From Bifidobacteriaceae bacterium (GTDB lineage: Bacteria > Actinomycetota > Actinomycetes > Actinomycetales > Bifidobacteriaceae), in contig JAISKS010000029.1 in assembly GCA_031260825.1 (NCBI GenBank), forward strand, positions 1 to 24,584: a stretch of 24,584 nt of DNA, given 5' to 3'. Positions 18,485 through 24,584 of this stretch are shown here, piece by piece. The notes under the pieces were generated by a model. It was not told where the DNA came from. It saw only the letters and a program-made list of their open reading frames with translations, and made no database searches. The position numbers were made by a program, and so were the translations under genes. The stretch's first letter is position 1. The number at the start of each line of letters is the position of its first letter.

Positions 18485-19408
18485 ATGAATAACAATATTA
18501 TCATCTCATTTAAATCAGTATGTGTAGTTGGTTTAATAATTGCAATGCTATTAGTCTCAACATTTTTCTTAGGCATCCATATTGGTTCTAATAATATATC
18601 AGCTTTACCAAATGGTGTAGAAACTGCTGCACTCCCTATAAATAAAGGTGGTACCGGCGCACTCACAGCGTCAGATGCACGAGATTCTTTAGGCATCACC
18701 AGTGAACTTGCAAAAAAAGCTGTAGACGTCGGCAATATCACCAATTATACTTTTAGCAATATTAAGGCACTCGTCCCAGGTGTTGGACAATCTGCAGTTG
18801 GATTTAATAATAGATTAGTACAGGATAGTGTCACAGGCGGACCAATGGATTACGCGCAAGTGCTTATCGTTAATCAAACTGGTAATTCACATATTTGGAT
18901 AAAAGCTTGGGGATTAGACGGCGCTATGAAATGCGCTAATTATACAACAGGTACTCCAGCATGGACTGCTTGCGGACTTCAAATCGGTACAACTGCAACA
19001 ACCGCAATGGCAGGAAACAAATCAGTTGCTTCAGGCTCTATACAAGCTACTATGACGTCAAATGTTGGTTCAACATATGCATCGCATGCATATTATAATA
19101 CAAACACTCATACTCTTGCTGTGACATTTGGTGCTCAGGTTGCGGCCGGAAAATCTCTTGCAGCTGGGGGAATACTTGCAACATTGCCAAAAGAAGCTTG
19201 CGGCGATATAGTAAAATCCAGTGTAATCGTTACAGGTGAAGGTGGATTTGGTTTTACATTACCAAACACTCCAGCAATAGATAATGTACCTGAAGCAAAT
19301 ATGGTATATGTGAACAACCAAGAAGATGCCTCTGTCTGTAATATTAGAGCAAAGAGAGCTGTACCTACTGGATATTATATCGAATTCTCAGCTGTTTGGG
19401 CGATTTAA
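18485..19408 (+). CDS. Exported or membrane-anchored protein built from phage tail-fibre / receptor-binding modules (307 aa)
   Basis: ATG at 18485 is preferred because the track's TTG at 18434 lies inside ffs. Hydrophobic N-terminal segment, then LPINKGGTGALTASDARDSLGI (tail-fibre shaft motif), a knob-like segment, LQIGTTATTAMAGN, and a beta-rich head ending IEFSAVWAI. Confidence 0.7.
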   Translation: MNNNIIISFKSVCVVGLIIAMLLVSTFFLGIHIGSNNISALPNGVETAALPINKGGTGALTASDARDSLGITSELAKKAVDVGNITNYTFSNIKALVPGVGQSAVGFNNRLVQDSVTGGPMDYAQVLIVNQTGNSHIWIKAWGLDGAMKCANYTTGTPAWTACGLQIGTTATTAMAGNKSVASGSIQATMTSNVGSTYASHAYYNTNTHTLAVTFGAQVAAGKSLAAGGILATLPKEACGDIVKSSVIVTGEGGFGFTLPNTPAIDNVPEANMVYVNNQEDASVCNIRAKRAVPTGYYIEFSAVWAI

Positions 19409-19537
19409 TATATTTTTAATATTCTTATTTTAGTGGCATACGTATAGTTATGCGCCGAGTCATACCGCAAGTCAAATAAATTTCCCGCGCCAGATTACCG
19501 AGTTTTTTATAATTTAATAAACTTAAAAAATATTTTG

Positions 19538-19592
19538 TAATAACATACCCAAAAAGTATGTTATTATGATATAATATTAATAACATACTTTT
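19538..19592 (+). promoter_or_regulatory. Three alternating copies of TAATAACATAC around an extended -10 (TGATATAAT, 19567-19575)
   Basis: Copies at 19538-19548 (forward), 19556-19566 (reverse) and 19578-19588 (forward). The last two extend to perfect 15-bp arms, 19552-19566 / 19578-19592. SD GAGGT at 19593-19597. Confidence 0.8.
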
Positions 19593-19605
19593 GAGGTACA
19601 CTATT

Positions 19606-21144
19606 ATGAAAAATAAAACTACTGAAATTACAGCATTAAATCTAAGCAAAACTGCAGAAATTTGTGCATTTGCAAGAGCAAATCATATTGAAGTTTCTGA
19701 TACATTAACATTCGAAGATGTTTACGCAAAAGATTTAATCGGCTCTGATAAATATGAAACTATGAAAAATGAAGTTGATCAGAGAATGCTCGATAAGTAT
19801 ATAAAACCAATCGTTTTGACTCGTGCGAAATTCACCGAAGATGAATTAATTAAGTTTTCGAGAATTCATTCTGAATTTCAATATGTGATTAGTGGTGCAG
19901 GATATGACACTTTCGCGTTTTCAAATAAAATCGAAAACGTAACAATTTTTGAAATAGATCGTGAGGATATGGTTGCTTATAAAAAAGAGCGAATTTCAAA
20001 TTTGGGTTGGAAGATTCCTGAAAATGTAATATATGTACCAGTTGATTTTGAGAAAGATAATTTATCTGCAAAATTATTATCTGCTGGTTTCAATCCTGAT
20101 ATTCCTACATTTATTTCGATTCTTGGAGTAAGTTATTATCTCGAATTTTCTGATTTAAAAAACATGTTTGAGATGTTTGCGACGCTTACAAATTCGGAAT
20201 GCAAAGTTGTTTTTGATTTTCCATGTGTGCGAATTAAAGGTCATGAATTGCAAACTTACACAAATAATCTCGGCGAAATAATGGTCGATGGACATCATTA
20301 CGATGATATGCATCGCTTGATGAAAGAGCTAGGATATATTGTAGATACGCATTTGCAACCTGCCGATATTGAGATTGAATATTTCGCGCAAAAGTATGAA
20401 AAATTTCATGCTGTGTCATTTATTCATTTAATGAGTGCGGTGAAAAATGACGAAACTAATTATAAATATAAAGTGATACAAACTGCTGTTGATAGAGAAT
20501 TTGATGCAGTTGTCGCAGAATTTTCTGGTACAGATCTTGAAAATGCAAAAACCAATATTTTTATAGAGCACGGAATCAGACTTGCAAAATTTGATAATGT
20601 GATAATCGCGCAGTCTGGAATTGGCAAAGCGAGTGCCGCAAGATGCGCCCAATATTTGATCGATCGATACAATGTGAAATATATTGTCAGTGCCGGCTCA
20701 GCGGGTACAGCGAATCCTGATTTAAAGTTTTTTGATTTTGTAATAGGTACAAAATATATTCAAATCGATTTCGACCTGACAGCATTCGGAAATAAGCTCG
20801 GCGAGATCGACGGACTTCCACAGTATTTTCTTGGTGATTCGGAACTTGCCTCAGCGGCGAAATTTATTTTGCCTGACGCAATACTTGGTACAATCGGTAC
20901 TGCTGACAAATTCTCAACTGACTCCGCAGCCAAACTTGAGCGCTATAAAGAGCTTGGGGTAGAGGCTGAGGAAATGGAAAGCGCAGCAATAGCTCAGGTA
21001 TGTCACATTGAGAATATACCGTTCCTCGCAGTTCGCTGCATTAGTGATAAGCCTAGCGATGCAAGTGTTGATGAGTATGAAGGGAATTTGGCGGAAGTTA
21101 CGAAGCGATGCGCGGAGATTTCGAAATTGCTTACTGAGGTGTAA
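19606..21144 (+). CDS. Fusion of a class I SAM-dependent methyltransferase (LCM/TIGR00027/YktD-like) and 5'-methylthioadenosine/SAH nucleosidase (MtnN/Pfs)
   Basis: MTase: TRAKFTED, QYVISGAGYDTFAF, IFEIDR, YVPVDFEKD, AGFNPDIPTFISILGVSYYL. Nucleosidase from ~20461: TAVDREF, SGIGKASAA, SAGSAG, IGTADKF, EMESAAIAQVC, AVRCISD. Start ATG 19606 follows GAGGT; the track's TTG at 19591 overlaps the SD. Confidence 0.88.
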   Translation: MKNKTTEITALNLSKTAEICAFARANHIEVSDTLTFEDVYAKDLIGSDKYETMKNEVDQRMLDKYIKPIVLTRAKFTEDELIKFSRIHSEFQYVISGAGYDTFAFSNKIENVTIFEIDREDMVAYKKERISNLGWKIPENVIYVPVDFEKDNLSAKLLSAGFNPDIPTFISILGVSYYLEFSDLKNMFEMFATLTNSECKVVFDFPCVRIKGHELQTYTNNLGEIMVDGHHYDDMHRLMKELGYIVDTHLQPADIEIEYFAQKYEKFHAVSFIHLMSAVKNDETNYKYKVIQTAVDREFDAVVAEFSGTDLENAKTNIFIEHGIRLAKFDNVIIAQSGIGKASAARCAQYLIDRYNVKYIVSAGSAGTANPDLKFFDFVIGTKYIQIDFDLTAFGNKLGEIDGLPQYFLGDSELASAAKFILPDAILGTIGTADKFSTDSAAKLERYKELGVEAEEMESAAIAQVCHIENIPFLAVRCISDKPSDASVDEYEGNLAEVTKRCAEISKLLTEV

Positions 21145-21205
21145 TTTTTAAAAAACTATAGACTAGCCATAAACCCTAAATACTATGCAAAAAATCGTTT
21201 TATTG

Positions 21206-21214
21206 TGATATAAT
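21206..21214 (+). promoter_or_regulatory. Extended -10 (TGATATAAT) for a leaderless transcript of the AT-rich cassette
   Basis: TGATATAAT-gatata-ATG (6 nt to 21221). Confidence 0.6.
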
Positions 21215-21220
21215 GATATA

Positions 21221-21520
21221 ATGTACAAAAAAACTAAAATATATTCAATATTATTTAATAAAATAGCGCTAATTCGTTCAGCTCTAATTGGGTGTGTTTT
21301 TTCTCCAATAATTATTTGTTTAACTTCTTTATTTTTTTTATTTAACAACAATTCATTTAATTTTTTAGGATATAATTTAGATGTTATTTTAGAGAGTAAT
21401 TCTGCATCTGCAACACTTTCGATTAAGCCTATTTTTGCTGCTTATTTAATTTGCATTACTTTAATATCTTATGTGCTTTATATGATTATCCTTACAATAT
21501 CTAAAACAATTAAAGTGTAA
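21221..21520 (+). CDS. Small membrane protein with 2 predicted TM helices, function unknown
   Basis: 99-aa ORF with two hydrophobic stretches, preceded by a promoter and co-oriented with the cassette. Confidence 0.6.
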   Translation: MYKKTKIYSILFNKIALIRSALIGCVFSPIIICLTSLFFLFNNNSFNFLGYNLDVILESNSASATLSIKPIFAAYLICITLISYVLYMIILTISKTIKV

Positions 21521-21543
21521 GCTGCAAATGGTAAATATCTTCT

Positions 21544-23016
21544 ATGACCAATTCAAATAAATTATTTTTAGCAAGCAAATTAGTCATTATATTAAATTAT
21601 AGAGACTTAAAAAAGTTTATTAAATCAAATTTATTTTATTTATCAATTGCCGCAATAATAGGATTAATGTTTCTGTCTCTTTCATCATTAGTAATTACAA
21701 AAACATTATCTCCTATATTACAATTTTCTTTTTCCTCAGATATAAATGAAAATAAATATGTTTTATTAAAATCTTTCGGTGTTAGCATAAGTATACTTTC
21801 GTCAATATCTTTTTTGGTAAAAAAATTAATTTGTGGAAATTTTTCTAAGCACACTAAAATGCTTAAAATGTATGGAGTCTCAAATTTAAAAATATCTATT
21901 ATTTCTAGATGTGGGACTATAGTAATAATCGATTTAATACTATCTATATTAATTTTAATATTATTTTTTCCATCAATTTATACACTTGATGTTGATTTTA
22001 AATTTAAACTTCTATTTGTGTTTTCCCTTTTACTGCAATCAATATTTTTTTTGATTTTCTTAGATTTAGTCGACAGAATAATTATCGGTTTTTTGATTAA
22101 AATACAAGCGCCTTTTATAACTGTATTTTCTAAGATATTTTTCATAGTTATATTTGCATCAATGTTTTATTGTATATTTAAATATAAAATTATTGAGAAT
22201 CATATTTTTAATCCTAGTTTTTTAATATCTTCTATTATATTTCCATCGGTCGATAATGTAAGCAAAATGTATGCTGGTGAAATAATATCGTTTTTATTTT
22301 TAGCCATCATTATTCTTTTAAGTATATTATTAAATTTTATAGATTTGTCTTTTGAAGAATGCTTCACTCTTCCTGTAATACTAAAAAAACTTCCTTTTAT
22401 AAATGGTGATTTTTGTATGCTTACAAAAACTATAAAAGAAACGTTTAGAAATGCTGAGTTCATTTCAAATTATATAATCACTACACTATTAATATTAATA
22501 TTATATATATTTAAACCTTCATTATATACAAATGGTATTTTTATATATATGATATTATTCCCCGTATCAACATTTTTATATAGTTTTTCTTATGAAAATA
22601 GTGTGCATTTTTTATATATTACCAGAAAAATTAATACTATAAAAATTTTTATAACCTCTACTCTATCTAGCTTTTTAATTTCTACAATTTCGATTGTTAT
22701 ATTATTACAATTATTTGTATATAGTAATTTTAATATCAATTATTATGAGTTAATTATTGATGGATTCCTTTGTGGATCTATATTTATTTTACTAGGAGTT
22801 GTTTTCCCAATTAATAAATATAATGCTAAATCCTCAACAATCATGGTTATTTTATTGATTTTATTAATTATACCGATTGGAATTGTATATTCTCAGTTAT
22901 TAACATATTTTGAATTATCCAGTAATGTTATATTCTTAATAAAATTGATTTGTTCAATAATACTTCTTCTATCTGGGTTTTTATCTTTTAAACAAAAATA
23001 TATAATTAAGGAATAA
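21544..23016 (+). CDS. Putative ABC exporter permease (about 12 TM, two-repeat architecture)
   Basis: 490-aa highly hydrophobic ORF ending 1 nt before an ABC ATPase. The central loop (MLTKTIKETFRNAEF) resembles fused ABC-2 permeases. Confidence 0.65.
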   Translation: MTNSNKLFLASKLVIILNYRDLKKFIKSNLFYLSIAAIIGLMFLSLSSLVITKTLSPILQFSFSSDINENKYVLLKSFGVSISILSSISFLVKKLICGNFSKHTKMLKMYGVSNLKISIISRCGTIVIIDLILSILILILFFPSIYTLDVDFKFKLLFVFSLLLQSIFFLIFLDLVDRIIIGFLIKIQAPFITVFSKIFFIVIFASMFYCIFKYKIIENHIFNPSFLISSIIFPSVDNVSKMYAGEIISFLFLAIIILLSILLNFIDLSFEECFTLPVILKKLPFINGDFCMLTKTIKETFRNAEFISNYIITTLLILILYIFKPSLYTNGIFIYMILFPVSTFLYSFSYENSVHFLYITRKINTIKIFITSTLSSFLISTISIVILLQLFVYSNFNINYYELIIDGFLCGSIFILLGVVFPINKYNAKSSTIMVILLILLIIPIGIVYSQLLTYFELSSNVIFLIKLICSIILLLSGFLSFKQKYIIKE

Positions 23017-23017
23017 T

Positions 23018-23746
23018 ATGTCAGTTTTACATCTTGAAAAATTAAATAAAATATACAAACCTAATACTGTAGCATTAAACAGTGTTTCATTTTCAATAAA
23101 ATTACAATCTATTACAGGGATTGTAGGTCCAAACGGATCTGGGAAAACCACTTTATTAAACTGTATAATTCGAACAATAAAACAAACAAGTGGAGAAATT
23201 GAATGGGACGAGGTATTAGATAATGATTTTTTATATATACCTGATGAAAATATATTACCTGAACTACTAACTGGTAAAGAATATTTATGTTTTTTGGGAA
23301 AACTATATAATAAAAAGATTGACGATAAAAACATTGCTGAACTATCTACTATTTTTTCTATTGAAAAAGAATTAAATAATACTATATCTACGTATTCATA
23401 TGGAATGAAGAAAAAAATACAAATAATTGCTAGTTGTTTAATAAAACCAGGTTTGTTGATTCTTGATGAGCCATTTAGGGGGCTAGATGTTGAATCTATT
23501 ATTATTACAAAGGAGCTACTAAAAGGACTACAATACAGTGGTAGTTCAATATTTTTATCATCACATGATATATCTTCTATAGAGCAATTATGTAGTGAAG
23601 TTATTATGATTAAACTTGGAAATATTGTATGTAATGGATCCATTCAACACATACTTGATTCTAATAATGCAGATTGTTTAGAAGAAGTTTTTGTTAAATT
23701 ATTTAAAAATGAAAATATTGAAAATGCACAGAAATATTTTAATTAA
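23018..23746 (+). CDS. ABC transporter ATP-binding protein (exporter/resistance type)
   Basis: Walker A GPNGSGKTT, signature YSYGMKKK, Walker B LLILDEP, H-loop LSSH. Confidence 0.93.
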   Translation: MSVLHLEKLNKIYKPNTVALNSVSFSIKLQSITGIVGPNGSGKTTLLNCIIRTIKQTSGEIEWDEVLDNDFLYIPDENILPELLTGKEYLCFLGKLYNKKIDDKNIAELSTIFSIEKELNNTISTYSYGMKKKIQIIASCLIKPGLLILDEPFRGLDVESIIITKELLKGLQYSGSSIFLSSHDISSIEQLCSEVIMIKLGNIVCNGSIQHILDSNNADCLEEVFVKLFKNENIENAQKYFN

Positions 23747-24269
23747 TATAACTTCTGTGCAAAAACAGGTAAATCAGTGTAAATTTTTGTATATTTTTTT
23801 TATTGTTTTCTATGAAATATTTTTATTTTATTTAACTCCTTCTATTATATTTCTAATTTTTTTCTGGATATTAACTAGATCACTTTTATCATTTTATATA
23901 ATAATTGTTATTATAAATTGTATTGTTAGTGTTTCTTTACACGAAAGTTTGCATCTATTTTATTTTAATAAATATAGCAACTTATCTAATTGTGGTGTAA
24001 TAAATATTTCTTTTCGATCAATTTATGTCACATATCCTACAGAAAAAATGAAGTTATTGCATCAGGTTTTTATTTCAATACTACCCTGTATATTTTGTTT
24101 TGCAGTCGGTATTTTCTTAATGTTTTTTATAAACTTATTTAGTTTTAATTTTATATTAAAAGTTGTTTTGAAAATTTCAAGTTTATTTTGGATTTTACAA
24201 ATTGTTAATTTATTGCCATTTACTACAGATGGAAAAATTCTTCTTGATATTTTACGAAAAAAATATTAG
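23691..24269 (+). CDS. Small M50/site-2-protease-like (DUF3267-like) membrane zinc metalloprotease; start uncertain (ATG 23709 or 23724 possible)
   Basis: TM-embedded HESLH plus the downstream NLLPFTTDG (NxxPxxxDG third-ligand motif). Confidence 0.7.
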   Translation: MLNYLKMKILKMHRNILINITSVQKQVNQCKFLYIFFIVFYEIFLFYLTPSIIFLIFFWILTRSLLSFYIIIVIINCIVSVSLHESLHLFYFNKYSNLSNCGVINISFRSIYVTYPTEKMKLLHQVFISILPCIFCFAVGIFLMFFINLFSFNFILKVVLKISSLFWILQIVNLLPFTTDGKILLDILRKKY

Positions 24270-24390
24270 TTAAGTCAAATTTTATAGTGGTCTTAGCTCG
24301 TGGTCTCCAATATAAAAGTTTTTGATTTGCTGGCAGTTTATTGATAAGTTAATCTTTTAGCTATTCGGTGTATAATATTATATATAATTT

Positions 24391-24463
24391 GCCCGCGTAG
24401 CTCAGTGGATAGAGCAACCGCCTCCTAAGCGGTGGGTCGGCCGTTCAATTCGGCTCGTGGGCA
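24391..24463 (+). tRNA. tRNA-Arg, anticodon CCT (reads AGG); CCA not encoded
   Basis: Acceptor gcccgcg/cgtgggc, D arm gctc/gagc, anticodon arm accgc-ctCCTaa-gcggt, T arm ggccg-ttcaatt-cggct. 73 nt, followed by cta. Confidence 0.97.
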
Positions 24464-24474
24464 CTAGTATAATT

Positions 24475-24583
24475 CGTTTTGTTTCACAAAACGCTGACCT
24501 CGGTTTTTTCAAAACCTCAAACACACTCCGTTCGCTATACGCTTCTAAACTAAAGTTTAGGCGCTACTCACTACGTTGTCAGC
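24475..24583. repeat. Multi-hairpin REP-like / terminator element after the tRNA (runs to the window edge)
   Basis: cgttttgt-ttc-acaaaacg (24475-24493), ggtttt-ttc-aaaacc (24502-24516), ctaaac-taaa-gtttag (24545-24560), and outer gctgac/gtcagc (24493-24498 / 24578-24583). Confidence 0.6.
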
Positions 24584-24584
24584 T

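Noticed and set aside
19591-19605. ORF-track TTG start for the MTase fusion
   Set aside because: It overlaps the SD GAGGT, which is correctly spaced for ATG 19606.
481-23643. Short antisense or out-of-frame ORFs in the track (e.g. 481-678, 3007-3327, 8214-8534, 19425-19649, 21163-21351, 22981-23643)
   Set aside because: They are shadows of well-supported genes or AT-rich spacers, with no motifs or start signals. 481-678 merely mirrors the KTAA repeat, and 22981-23643 mirrors the ABC ATPase.
24294-24303. tagctc-gtgg resembling the tRNA D-arm start (tagctcagtgg) as an att remnant
   Set aside because: Only 10 nt with a gap, no partner at the other side of the cassette, and integration normally duplicates tRNA 3' portions.
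21145-24390. A bacteriocin/RiPP precursor peptide for the ABC-protease cassette
   Set aside because: No small ORF with a double-glycine or Cys/Ser/Thr-rich core was found in the flanking spacers.
18224-24584. Prophage or integrative element
   Set aside because: No integrase, terminase, capsid or replication genes, and no duplicate of the ffs or tRNA 3' end found in the intergenic regions I checked.
1-24584. Alternative genetic code suggested by the low GC
   Set aside because: Long ORFs are intact under code 11, Trp is encoded by TGG, and TGA ends the App1 gene in an ATGA overlap.

Overview
Bacterial chromosomal segment, standard genetic code 11 (TGA is used as a stop, e.g. at 7516). The gene content is clearly actinobacterial and Bifidobacteriales-like: Cmk-Der fusion, AroK-AroB fusion, App1 phosphatase, cyclophilin followed by DUF349, and an actinobacterial-type SRP RNA. 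The DNA is nonetheless strongly AT-rich, which suggests a host-associated low-GC lineage (inference). The left ~18 kb is housekeeping: PPIase, DUF349, amino-acid-binding protein, pepN, GT2, App1, cmk-der, aroKB, aroC, amino acid permease, oligopeptidase B and a CPA1 antiporter. Several genes there appear to be transcribed from leaderless extended -10 promoters. The right ~6.3 kb is accessory-looking. It holds (1) the SRP RNA gene ffs with a non-GNRA loop, followed by a lone gene whose product is a phage tail-fibre/receptor-binding-type protein fused to an N-terminal signal/TM segment, with no other phage gene nearby; (2) a SAM methyltransferase fused to MTA/SAH nucleosidase behind a triple alternating 11-bp operator; (3) a very AT-rich four-gene cassette (small membrane protein, permease, ABC ATPase, M50-like protease); and (4) tRNA-Arg(CCT) followed by a multi-hairpin REP-like element. 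The best candidate for an undescribed system is the apparently domesticated, exported tail-fibre adhesin. All family assignments come from motif recognition by eye; no database searches were run.
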